Source: Azolla caroliniana (lineage: Eukaryota > Plantae > Polypodiophyta). From it: a DNA stretch of 64,000 bases. The stretch spans positions 9,548,001 through 9,612,000 of the forward strand of contig JBHGNT010000015.1 in assembly GCA_043228905.1 (NCBI GenBank), given 5' to 3'. The position numbers and the translations under genes were made by a program. The notes under the pieces are model-generated. The model was not told the DNA's origin and ran no database searches. It worked only from the letters and a program-made list of their open reading frames with translations. Below are positions 37,417 through 50,600 of this stretch, one piece after another (position 1 is the first letter of the stretch; every line of letters starts with the position of its first letter).

Positions 37417-40400
37417 ATGGAGAAAACAGGAAAGAAGCGCAAGAAGCCGAAAGCAGCTCATGATCTCAGAGAGACTGAATTCATACCGTGGAAGGATGTC
37501 ACACCTCAGGATTCCATCGCTCTGCTCTCCGGTTCCAGTGAAGGAGGTAAGACCAAAGCAAAACTATATGTATGTATGTATGTATATATGTTCAAATATT
37601 TTAATTTGATCGATTGCCGTTCATTTACTCTCACCATGGAAAATAAAAACAAAAACGCAAAACAAAACAGGATTCATGTGCTTGGAAGAAATTGATGGAG
37701 ACTTCTACTCTCACTTCAATGGTGATTTCACGGAAGGTCCTGCAACAGCAGCAGCAGAAAAGACTGAGACGAACGAGTTAGTTCCTTCAAAGAAACTTAA
37801 TACTGCCAAGAAACGGAAAAGAGAAGATGCTAGAAAGGAAGATGACGGTAAAGTTGTTCCTCCCAAGAAGCTAAAGGATGGTAAGAAAAGGAAGAAATAT
37901 GATGTGAAAGAGGAACATGAAGATAAAATTAAGGATAAGTTGATCGAGGGTTTTCCTGACAAAGAATGCCACAAGAATAAAAAGAAGAGAAAGGAATCAA
38001 TTATTCAAACTGATGACGGTGTTGCTGGCATAGAGCGAAACACTATGGAAGACACAGGTGAGAGTGCCTTTTTCTTTATAAATATGCATTCAGTATGACC
38101 AATGTTGTGGGTGCTTGGGAAATCATGTCAGTCAAGTTCTTGTTGATTTATGATTGTTTTCCGCAATGTATGTTATATTATACCCCATGGGTAGTTGTTT
38201 CCACTGTATGCCATCTTGTCTCAATCATATCCAATGTGATAAAAGTTTTCATCTAATCATTGAAAAATGATGAACAAATTTGGAGTTCATGGAAGGTCAC
38301 ACTGAATAATTATGAATAAATAATCTCATTTCTGAGATTGATGGAGGATCTGTTGTCACTCTGCATGCATTACATCACATAAAAAATTAGATACGAGATG
38401 GCTGAAAGGGTTAGGTGTCACCTGAAACCGTGCCTTGTTTTTCTCCAGTTTTGGTTCCATTTTCCTTTATTTTTCAATTGTTTCTTTTACATTAAACTAT
38501 TCTGCGTTTCACTGGTGCTGCCCACCTTGGCCACCCTGATGACATTGATTAGAATTGAGAAACATTATAATGTAAGTGAGGTCCACTGCTAATGGAGTAT
38601 TCCTAAATGAATTATTCTTATGGAATCTTGGTTAATGTTAGTTTGAAACTTTGAATAATTTTGAATTACTGACTTTTTTTTGAGCCAGAAGTCATAATTG
38701 TACCTAGGACAGTGGACATCATCGTTTTTCTCTTATCTTTAATTTAATGCTACATTTTTGTTCATCAGGAGTTAATGCTCAGGGAATTTGTAATCTGAAT
38801 GATGAACAAGAGGATGAAGAGGCTCTAAAGAAGATGTTACCAGCATGGGCAGAATTACGTCTACATTGGAGAATCATGAAAGCACTAGCTACATTGAACT
38901 TTATAGAGCCAACACCAATTCAAAAAGCTTGTATATCTGCTGCAGCGCATCAGGGAAAGGTTTGACACTTACATTCTCATTCTAAAATTGAAAAAAATAA
39001 AAATCTTGCTCTAGGATACCTCAAAGAGGTCTAGGACATCTTAGATGAATAAATCTCTCTAATTTGAACATTCTGCACATGCATATGCCTCTATGTTCAT
39101 CTCCATCACCTTTTTGGGTTATACATATGAAGTAGACACATGCTCTTCTTTCAGGACATAATAGGAGCAGCAGAAACAGGCTCTGGTAAAACTCTTGCCT
39201 TTGTCATCCCTATTTTACAACGGCTTTTAGATGAAGAGGAAAAATATCGCGTTTCAAAGGAAAATCAGCTATTACTTGACAAAGCCTCGTCAAATAGTAG
39301 CATTAGTGGTTCTCTACGTGCATTAATATTAACTCCTACCCGAGAACTTGCATTACAGGTAAGAATGGTTAATAAATGTTCTATCAATCAGTTTGTATTA
39401 TGACTTCAAGTTTCCTGCTTTTGACTAATGTACTCTCACTGATGATGTTCAAGCATTTTCCTCATTCATATTCATCTCCTCATGTCTTGATTACTTCCAT
39501 ATCTGGTTGTGTTGTACATATTTGAGAAGTATTAGTTGTAAAATGTGTAAATGTTTTGGACAAGTTGGGAATTTCTTGCAATCATAATGCAGGAAGTCAA
39601 AGCATTTATTGTGAGTGATGTATGTTTGATATTACAATCGATTGTATCTTTTTTGTTTTCTATAAGAAAAATTTAAATGCTACAACCCCTTTCGAGCAGG
39701 TGTGTGAACATTTTCGAGCAGCAGCAAAATATACCACCATCAAGGTTGTCCCCATTGTGGGGGGGATATCTATGGAAAAACAAGAACGATTGCTTAAGCA
39801 ACGGCCACAAGCTATTGTGGGGACACCTGGTCGCCTTTGGGAGTTTATGAGTGCTGGTGAACAATTCTTGACTGAGGTATGCCCTTCTATTATTCAGGAG
39901 CAACTTCTTTCAAATTGATGGGATATCCTCACACTTGAAGAGTCTAATATCTGTAGCATGAAAAATTGATGGATTATGCGGAAGCTTCTTTTGTAGCAAC
40001 CACTGTTGGATCATGAATCATTAATGAATGTTTCTAGAACTAGAGTGTATGATTATCTATTCTGGCATGGCCCAGCTGGACAGGACTGGGTGGCGTGTGT
40101 GCTTTTTAATTGAGGTTATGAATGAAAGTAATGATTAAAATGAAAATCTTGTGCTTAATTTTGTAAAATATCCGCACTACAAAACTATAGAAAGAAAAAA
40201 GCAATGTAATTTCTTCTCCCTGGCTCTTGCATATCTTCTATTGTTAGGGCTGAAAATCATAATTGATACATAAATTCCTTTGGTTAACTTCTCTTTGTTC
40301 ATTGCATCTGTTAAGCTATTGTTTGCTCATTCAGTTTTACCATACTGAAGGCAGCAAAAGATTGATAAGCTGTCATACTTTCGATTCCACTGCAAGTGTG

Positions 40401-43400
40401 ATCCATTGACAATGTATTAAATTTACTATCAATTTCATAATGATGCATATTACATGTCTAAGCCTATGGCAAATAGTTGTTTATGTTATTTTTATACATT
40501 TTGTTCCATTTACATATTTTGACTGTGGATTTTGCCTTTTTGTATTTAAGAAACAATGTACTTCATGGATGCATATGTGCAGCTCGACTCTCTCTCCTTT
40601 TTTGTTTTGGATGAAGCTGATCGAATGGTGGAGAAGGGGCACTTTCAAGAACTTCAATCAATCATGAGCATGCTTCCAATAGGAAAAAAGAATGTGACCA
40701 AGGGTGCAGAAGATGATTTAGGCTTAACATCACCTTGTAATGATGCCAAGAAAACAGTTCGAAGGCAGAATTTTGTTTTCTCAGCAACATTAACTTTACC
40801 TTCTGGTTTCAGAAATAAGCTTAAGAAAGGGCAGATTCAAGTAAAACAGCGGCAGAACAATGATGAATCTTCTGTGGCTTCTCTTTCAGAGAGAGCAGGG
40901 ATACGACCCAACGCTGCTATTGTTGATTTAACATCCCAGAACATAGTAGCCGACAAACTTCAAGAATCATTAATTCAGTACGAATCATGTCTATTTGTAT
41001 TTTTGTTGTTTATTCCTTATTTGGAGTAGGGGTTGTCTGCTTTTACCTACTTCCTGATGCTATTCTCGTAGAACTATAAGCCCACGTCATTGTAATGAAG
41101 CTTAATCCATAAGACATTCATTGTAGATGCAGGGAGGATGAGAAAGATATGTTCTTATACTACATATTGAAGCTACATGGTCAAGGTCGTGCAGTGATTT
41201 TCTGTACATCTATTGCAGCTGTTCGTCATATAGCAGCTATTTTAAGTCTCCTGCAAATTCAGGCTTGGCCATTACATGCACAAATGCAACAAAAACAGCG
41301 TCTTAAGGTAGTATTCTATATAATGGGTGATCAGGGTTTTGGGTTTCCGTAGAGTTAACCACTTCTGCTCTCTCACTTTCTAGGCTATGGATCGTTTCCG
41401 CAAGAGTGACAACTCCTTTCTTATTGCAACGGATGTTGCTGCAAGAGGACTGGATATACCAAATATTAGAACTGTAATCCACTACCAGCTTCCTCATTCG
41501 GCAGAGGTAGTATTCCTTATAGACCCTGAATAACACTACAACTTTTAAGATGTTGGGGTCTTATAGAAAATTGTAGGTTTATGTGCATAGAAGTGGAAGG
41601 ACAGCTCGAGCCACAAATGATGGCTGCAGCATATTATTTGTTTCTCCTTCTGACCAAGTGAAGTATAATGCTCTTTGTCGTGCACTTTCAAAGGTACTTA
41701 AGTTTTAAAAACCATGTATTGAAGAAATCTGTGCTGCTATATTCTTGTTTACATAATGAGATTATTGTGAACCAGAAAGATGGACTTCCAGCTTTCCCCA
41801 TCAACAGGGCTTATGTGCCTGCAATTGTTAAACGAACTGAATTGGCTCAGAAGATTGATGTGTTGTTGAGGAAAATTTCCCAAGTAAGGTTTAAAATTTT
41901 TACTAAGCACAATTTTTTCTTTTGAATGTGTATTCTTTTATATTATTATTCTATGGTTTTGTTTGTGGTAAAGCAAGCCCATTCCATAATAATGGCAATG
42001 CAGCTGTATGGATGTTACTTTCAGTAAATCGCCTCCTAAAGTAATTTTTCATAGCAATGAAGGAGGGACACAAGCTTGAACTTCCTGCTGTATCTACTTG
42101 GTCTGCTCTGAGATACATATATACTCACGTTTGCTGCTCCATTAATAAAGGGAACAATTGATGATTAAGTTTGCAGTTCAGCCAACCATGCCAATGCTAT
42201 TTACACTGTGAAAGGGGCACAAAATGAACTGCAGGCTAGAAACCAAGGAAGTATGGGCTAGAAACCTATGTAAAATTGACATGTGCATCTTTGTGCAGAT
42301 CAGTTTAGTCCAACTAAAATGAAAAAAATATGACTTTGGCACTCATAAACAAGAGGCCGTTAATTTGATTAAATGCCATTGAAACAAAGGGAATATGTTG
42401 TTCGATAGTATTATCTTCCTATGCTGTTATCTAGAGTTCCCTAGGCTGCAAGCAAAAGTGGATTACTTTCTTCTAGTGACATCCATATTTCTGATCTTAT
42501 GAAGAATACACATCTATTTTCAATTGCATTTATTAACAGACAAAAGCAAAGGATAGCTGGTTTAAGAGGAATGCAGATGCTTTGGGCATTGACATAGAAG
42601 AAGTTGATGAGAAGGATGAGGAGCATAACTTTCCATCTACAAAAAAATCATGCTTAGAGTTGAAAAACCTACAACAGGTAGTCATCAACACCGTCTCCTA
42701 TTTTCAAGATAGCTTTATTCGTTATCTAGACTGATCAAATTATGCAGGTGCTCAAAGAAATGTTGGAAGAGCCACTTGAGCCAAAAGCTTTCTCTCACCG
42801 CTTCATTACAGGGGTAAGTTACTGATGACCATTTTAGTTCATGTTCTTTTTGAGATTGAAGGGGTGGGGAGGGAGGGAGATCACCAAAAGAAGAAATAGA
42901 ATAGAATAGAACATAATATATATATATTTTTATGTCCATGAGGAGGCCAATTTTGACTTATGGAACCAAATCAAGAAATTATCTTGTATGTAACTTCTTT
43001 CTAAGAAGGGCAGTTTCTACTATGCAGTAAAAACTCTCTATGTGAGAACAATGCATGCACACATATGTGCTCACCCTTCATTGTGGACATTTGAGTATGA
43101 CACTTAAATTATCGTGCTCATCTTGCAAGTCATTGTACTTCTCACAAATTACGTTATACGCTGAGCATGCAAGAAAGTAAGTGATATTCATACTTGAGTG
43201 ATGATTTGATGATCGTACCTCAACACCTAACTATTGAGCGAGCTCGTAGAATTGTTAGACTTTTCGAGAGCCAAGGCGCATGGTGGTAGTAATATGCAGT
43301 CGGATACGTTCTGGGCTTTTCAAGAATACATATATTACTATATATACAAAGACCTATCGATGCATTGCTAGTAGCCCCCCGATGTATACGGATATAGATG

Positions 43401-43457
43401 GGAATCGGTATGTCGTGCCAACCATGGATGATCAAGGCTTTAGCTCTAGCCTCATCT

Positions 43458-43511
<54 letters not shown>

Positions 43512-44440
43512 CAACCTTCTAGGTGTTCTCTTTAGTGTGACACTCAAGTCATCACCCCCTCTTAATATATCTCAAGTCATCACCCCCTCTTAATATATCA
43601 TCTCTATAGACAGCCCCATTTTCCGTCCTTTCTTACATTGGGCTGTTGTGGCATGTTTTCTTTGCACATCTAAATATATTGTCACCCTCCATATCCATGA
43701 AGCAGATGATCAAGGCTTTCGCTCTCACCTCATCTCTTCCCCTCCATGCAGAGAGAGAGAGAGCTCAACCTTCTAGGTGTTCTCTTTAGTGTGACACTCA
43801 AGTCATCACCCCCTCTTAATATATCATCATAACTGAATTGCACTATATGCAGAGCATGTAAAAAGCAAGTGATGCTCATCCTCTACTAGCCCTTGCATGC
43901 CTATGTATTTGGCTGATTTTGATTCCATAATGCAACTTCAATACCTAGTTTGTGTGATCGAGTGCGAAGGAGTGTTAGGGCTCATGTGAGTTAATAATAC
44001 TCATCTTTGTATTATTTGGGAACACTATGAAAAAGACAACAATATGAAAGATCAAAGAAGTTGCATCCATCTGTCTGCTATATAATATATATGACAAAGC
44101 TTTCATTTTATATTGTTTTCTGCATGTGCTGGCTACATATACATTCCTCATATTTTCAATTGCAAAAGTTAATTATTTGCATCCATAATGATTGTTTTAG
44201 TTATAATTACCTTTTGTGAATTATATAGCCATATATTTATTTCTATTTTTGCAGGCTGGCATGTCCCCACTTGTTGCTGGTCAATTGAAAGACTATGCAA
44301 ATCAGAAGATGATCAGCAAAAAGACGAAATCCTTAAAGAAGAATAAAGCAGACTTATCAAGTGCAAATCGTCGGCCACGGTTAGTGGTTATTGGCCAGGA
44401 AACAGTTGAACCACTTGCTGCCTTTCGAACATTGTCCTAG
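37417..44440 (+). CDS. RH13: DEAD-box ATP-dependent RNA helicase, DDX24/MAK5/RH13 family; 13 exons, about 800 aa
   Basis: Exons 37417-37546, 37671-38057, 38769-38959, 39155-39358, 39700-39876, 40583-40977, 41127-41307, 41384-41506, 41577-41693, 41776-41883, 42540-42677, 42748-42813, 44255-44440. All introns are GT-AG and in phase, total 2403 nt. Motifs [46 protein letters not shown] and HRSGRTAR. Confidence 0.93.
43461..43509. repeat. (GA)n microsatellite in intron 12
   Basis: About 24 GA units seen directly. Confidence 0.95.
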
Positions 44441-46175
44441 TATTGATATAGGTGTGTTGTTTTTTGGAAATGTTTGACTAACAAAAAACTAATTACTTTC
44501 CAAGCTCTAGTTCTGAGCATTTTTATCCATTCTCAAAAGGAGATTGGTGAAAATTTTGGATCTTGATTGTATTCAAGGCATATTCCAGGAGCAATTTGTT
44601 TTTCTTGATATAGCAAATGCAATGTGTATTTTCACCAGCAATGCAAACAGGTATAGAAAGAGCTTTGGGCACCAGATCATATGCCATTGACAATTCGAAA
44701 GGAGGAACTTTATTGGACTAGGGTTTTCGAAAGACTGAATGCTATATATGAAGAGACTATATTTGCCATTTTTAAATTCTTAAAATTATAGTTGATTTGA
44801 GAGCACATATGTTTGTTGTAGCACAGTTGTTTCTATAGCGTATGTGTTGGTAGCGCATGGTTCCTTCAACATGCCCATATCTGCATTACATGTTCTATGA
44901 TGCTAGTGAAATTTACTATTTTATATTTAAGGTTGCCAAATATTCCATGATAATCTGCACTAAATGTTGTGTTTCTAAAGGGAACTTACTATTTTATATT
45001 GAACTTTGCCAATATTCCAAAAAGCTTTCCATAGGTTTATTGATATTTCATCTCTTGAAGTAAGATTTGAGGTATGCATATATTTCTTGTAAGGCAAGGA
45101 GATTCTTGTTGATGTTTGTGACCTTCAAGAATAATCAGTTGTAGGCAGTTTTAAGCAAGTTTACTCTGAAGTTGTTTAGTTATGTACGACTTATATTCCG
45201 TTATACCTTTTTAATACTCAAACTTGATCACACTCTTGAGATGTGCACAATTTAGAATGAAAAAACCTAAAGATAAGAATAGTTATTACACTCCCTAGAA
45301 ATGTTAATGGTTGTATTTTTTAGTGTCAACAAGCTGTTATGTTCAATGTGATGATGCATTTCGGTCATTGTTATATGCAAATAATGTAACATCGCTTGTG
45401 TTGTCCAAGCTGCATTTTTGAGGCCAGGCACAATGATTAGACACTTATAAGATTCAATGAGCATCTTGCACCACACTTTCCCGCACATGCACATATTGCC
45501 ATATCTCTACACTTTGTCGTCACCTTTTCTTGTGTTCTCGTCGATTCCATTTCTCACACATACTTACACCGCGTCCGTTCATCGTCATTGCATATCATAC
45601 TTCTTTTTGCACTTTGCCACCGTCATTTGCCGCATATTGTCGATTTGATTTCCTGTTCTCTTGTATACTTTCATTGCGTCTCTTCATTGGCCTCTTCCAA
45701 AGGAGGATTCACCGTTGTGGTCACCAAAATAAGTGTTATGGGTTTAGGGTTAGGGTTGATGACGATGATGAAGTGGTAATGGTTGGTGATGGATATGATG
45801 GTGGAGAGTTGGCGGAGATGGTGGAGATGTTGATCGTTGCGGGGTGGGGGGTGACGCCTAGAATGGTTCCATCCCCCTCCCAAGGGGGTTCAACGTAAGG
45901 GACGAAGGGAGAGAGAGAGAACATCAAAGAGAGAGAGAAGTTCTTTCCTTATTCATTCATTCATTCCCCCTTAGCCATCCACACTAATCACTCACTCACA
46001 CCTCTTCTTATTTGTTCACATGCACACACGCACGTGTGCATGTGTTCACATACGCATCTACTCACACTCACAATTACACTTGTGCACATATACACATACA
46101 CATCAATAGTTTACTCTTTCACCCTCACTTGTCATTCTCAAATCTCCGTACATCTTGTATGATAACACATTATCC

Positions 46176-46192
46176 TGGCACACCCGTGGGAC
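46176..46192 (+). promoter_or_regulatory. PBS-like motif TGGCACACCCGTGGGAC (tRNA-Arg(UCU)-like)
   Basis: Follows ...GATAACA (46167). Second copy of the 655-669 motif, in the same position relative to the homologous ORF. Confidence 0.6.
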
Positions 46193-46225
46193 AATGCCTT
46201 GCATGTCGGACCGACGCCCTTAGTT

Positions 46226-47648
46226 CTACTCCAAGATGTCCAGTATACTCTGCTAATTGTCCGTCATTTGGTCCGACGACATATTTTGTTGTTGTGTCGG
46301 TTCCTCCTCTGTGTTTGAGTTTCCGTTGCTCTGCCCATTGTTGTTCATCTCCTGCAGTTTGCGGTGCGTCCTCCTCATTCGTCCTCTACTGCCTCGACTC
46401 CTGCTCCCTTGGCTGCTCTAGTTGTGTCAACTCCCGTTCATCCTCCAGTCGTTCTTCATCACTCAGATAAACCTGATTGGCTTGGTTCTCCCCGATCTGC
46501 TGCTTCCTCTACTGCACTCTTTCACATTCGTATGCCACCAAGTCCAGTGTCAACTGTAGCTAGTTATCTTCAAATGCTTCCAAAATCTTTCGGATTTCTT
46601 TCATTTGTACTTGGGCGATTGCTTGAAAATCGTCGAATAATTCTTCTCGAATTGTGATGATGCTTTCTTCATCCATCTTGTAGAAATTATCCCCAACTTT
46701 CGCCCTATTTTTTGCATCTACCTGAAGCACTTGTAATTCTACCGCCTGCGTCAACCATTCCTTCCATATCATAACCGAGCATTCTTCAAGTCCTTCTGTC
46801 ATCCGCTTCTACCGGTTCTCCACAATTATCCGGATTTGTTTTATGCCCATCTCTATCTTTTTTTCCTGGCATGTTTCTCCTGTTTCAGCCTCTTATCTGC
46901 TGGATTGCCGCTTTTGATTGAATTTTGTATGTTGTTAGCTACGTCTGATATGTCGTTTGGACTTTTGTTAGAACTTCTTGAGAACGCTCAATCAATTGGT
47001 CTCGATCCTCCAACAACTTCGTATTCTCCGTTGCGGCTTCTTCTCTCATTTTTCCTTCGTTTCCTCAAAAAAATTTCTCTTGCGACCGCAAGGCCTCGTT
47101 CTTTTCTTTCAATTCCGCTCACACCTCCTTGAGCTTCTCTTGTTTCCGGTCGAACTCCTTTTCCTTGTAATCTCGATACAATTTCTCGAAGTCAGCCTGC
47201 ATATCCTTTAAACGTCAGTTGAGCTGTGCCCGGAACCGATCATCCCGCTCCTTTGTTGCTTGAGCTCTTCCTTCAGTCATTCTATCTCTGTTTCTGCCAT
47301 CCGTCGGAGTTTATCCCTTTCTTGTTGCAATGCATCCTTCTCTTCCTTCATCTGGTTCAGACTTTCTTGATTCATCCGAAGTCCTTCCTCTAGCTTCTTC
47401 TTCTCCTCTTCTACCTTTCCCCGCAACTGTTTCTCCTTCTTCACCATCGTTGCTTGTGTTGCGACATCGTCCCTTAGCCTTGCAACTTCTTTCTCTGCCA
47501 CTTCTGCTTGTCCAGCTAGATTTTCTTTTTCTGTCGCCCCTTTTGCGTCTCGCTGTTCTTTCGTCGTTGCGTTTGCTTGATCTAGAACTTGTTTGCCTGG
47601 TTCCGGTGTTGTCGTCATGTCCTTGCCGGTCTTGGCCCGTGCAACCAT
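46226..47648 (-). pseudogene. Degenerate coiled-coil ORF homologous to 2-619
   Basis: Starts MVARAKTGK with an E/K-rich helix, is broken by stops and frameshifts, includes the WKEWLTQA..FYKMDEE block and ends SILDILE*. Confidence 0.7.
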
Positions 47649-47655
47649 TAATTCT

Positions 47656-50600
47656 TGTTGAAAACAGAGACAGGGAGAGATAAAAAGATACAGAGACAGA
47701 TAGATAAAAATTATGGTTCCTCTCTGCCTGTAGAGAGGCGTGTATATTTAGTTTTATAGAACGAATGTGTCTTTTACAAAAGTGACTGTTCGTAACAGTC
47801 ATAACTGTTTATTTTTATTATTTTATTATTTTATTGTTTTATAATTTAGTTATTATTACTTCGTATTATTTTCCTTATAATTTCCAACACTCCCCCCTAA
47901 GGAAAATAATCAAAATTCCATATCTTTGTCTTCAGTGTTGGTGAAGTTGAGAAGCCCAATGTTCTTGCAACATTGTATGTGTTTATGGTTTGGCACTGAC
48001 TTTGTTAAGAAGTCTGCCCACACGGAGGTTGATGGAGTGAACTTCAAATTTATTTTCTTCTCTTCAATTAGGTCCCTTAGAAAATGGTGCTTGAATGATA
48101 TATGTCTTATATTGTCGCTCATTCGTGGATTGATTGCGAGCTTTATGCAAGATTGGTTGTCGCCGTAAATTTCTATTGGTTTTTCTTCAGAAAGATTAAT
48201 TTCCTCCAATATAGCTTTCAACCAGATTCCTTCTTTAGCAGCTAGAGTGGCAGCAACATATTCTGCTTCTGTTGAACATAGTGAAATTGTAGATTGTTTC
48301 TTCGACCTCCACGCGATCGCTCCTCCGGCAAAGGTGTAAACGTAGCCACTTGTAGATTTTCGGTCATCCACATCCCCCCCCCCCAAGTCGAATCGCACCA
48401 ACCATGAAGAGGAGTTGAGGGGTTTGCCCATCCGCACAATTTTGGTTGGATCGATTCCGAATGCGTGGATTGATAAATAAGACACAAGTGTTTAGTATGT
48501 TTAAGATATTTAAGAATTCTTTTAAGTGCTTGCCAATGTTTAGGACCAGGGTTAGTCATAAAACGTGATAGTAGTCCGGTGCTAAAGCATAGATCTGGTC
48601 TGGTGCTACTTACTAGATATCGTATGGACCCTATTACTTGTCTGTAGGGAATGTTTTTCATTTCGGTTTCTTCTATGGGTGATTTTGGGCTATCTTCAAT
48701 GGACAACTTAAGTGTGGTAGGAAGTGGTGTAGAGATGGGTTTGCAGTGTTCCATGTCAAAACGTTTTAGAATATTATCAATGTACCAAGATTGTGAGAGT
48801 GATATTTGTCCTAGTGTTGTATTTCTTTTTACTTCTATTCCTAGAAAATAGGTCATGGGTCCAAGATCGGTGATAGGAAATGTTGATTTTAGTTCTTGTT
48901 TGCAAAAATTTAAATAAGATAGAGAATTTGAAAGGAGGGGAAAATCATCTACATAGACCCCTAGTATGATAAAGTTAGATGCTAATTTTCTAAAATAGAT
49001 GTTTGGTTCACTTTTAAGTCTATTATATCCACATTTGATTAAGAATATATGGAGACGATAGTACCATGCTCGAGGCGATTGTCGTAGGCCATAAATGGAC
49101 TTCTTTAGTTTGCAAACGTGTGTTGGAAACTTTGTATTCTCGAAGTAGGGAGGTTGCTTCATATAGACTTCTTCTTCAAGATCACCATGAAGGAAAGCGG
49201 TTTGAACATCCAAGTGATGAAGTTCGAGCTTTTGAGCAGCGGCGATGGCCACAAGTAGTCGAAAAGATGTTATTCGAAGTGTGGGACTGAAGGTTTTTGT
49301 GAAGTCTATTCCGGGTACTTGTGCGAAGCCTCGAGCAACCAAGTGTGCTTTAAATCGAATGGGATTTCCATGCGAGTCTCGCTTAATTTGAAGTACCCAC
49401 TTGCACGTAATAATTGTGCAATTTTGAGGTTTTTGCACTAGACACCATGTTTCATTTTTTGTAAGAGAGTGCATTTCATTTTTCATGGCGGTAATCCAAT
49501 TTTCTGCATTTGAGCTTTGGAGAGCTTCTTCTACGGTTGTAGGCTCTTCACAGTCAATTTTTGTGGGTACTTCATCAAGGCCAGATTTATCCAAAATACC
49601 AATGTTGCTAGGGTTGAGGTTGCTAAAATGACACTCTAATTCATCTAGCTCTCTGTAGATGTCGGAAAGTCTTCTAAGGCGTCTTGGGGATGTCATGTCT
49701 ATGTTATAAGTGTCATACGTGGGTGGAGTGTCTAATGGGGAAGTGTTAGGTCTTAATGTTTGGCTAGGAGACATTAATGTATTATGTGGGATAGAAGGAG
49801 AAAAACTATGGCATTGAGGAGAGGCAAAATTTGTATGCTCAGCAACTACAGGAGTGTGGTTCATAGTGATGGCGCGATCTCTGTTTGGAGATTGAATGCT
49901 GCTCGAGGCGGCTTCAGGAGACGACGATGGTGGAACGGTACGAGTGGGGAACACAACGGGAGTGTGGTCGGCTGTGCCGTGATCTCTGTTTGGCGGTGGA
50001 ATGTTGCTCGACGTGGCTTCTGAAGATGATGGTAGTAGATTAAAGGAGACTTGTGAAGGTGTGGGAGTTCCATTAGTGATTGATGGTTCTTGCGGTGATG
50101 GAGGGCCAGATGGAAGGCACCATTGGATGGTGTTGTTGGTTGGCTCGGGAGGTGCACCATTTTTTGTAGTTAAGTTTGTTAATTAGGATTTCTGAATTTT
50201 TTGATTTTTGGTTCTGATTTTTTAGGATATCAAATTCGTTGAAGATAACGCTTCGACTGAAGAAAAATTTGTTGGTAGCTGGGTTGTAGAGTCGGTAGGC
50301 CTTGTAACCGTGTGCGTCTCCATATCCAACGAAGATGGATTTTTGTGCTCTTGCATTTAACTTGTTTCTTTTGTTTTCTGGTACACAAGTGAAAGCAATA
50401 CATCCGAATATTTTAAGGTCTTGTAAATGAGGTTTGTGACCATACCACATTTCAAAAGGTGTATGTAGTCCAATCGAGCGGTGATAAATTCTGTTTTGAA
50501 TGTAACAAGCGGTTGCAACTGCTTCCTCCCAGAATTTTGGCTCTAGGTTTGCGGCATTTAGCATGCTACGGGCAGCATTTAGTAAGCTACGATTTTTTCT

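Noticed and set aside
45740-45758. GGGTTTAGGGTTAGGGTT telomere-like motif
   Set aside because: Only about 2.5 imperfect units in low-complexity sequence.
46226-47648. Calling the extra ORF an env gene of copia N
   Set aside because: No hydrophobic transmembrane stretch is visible and the ORF lies outside the 3' LTR of N.
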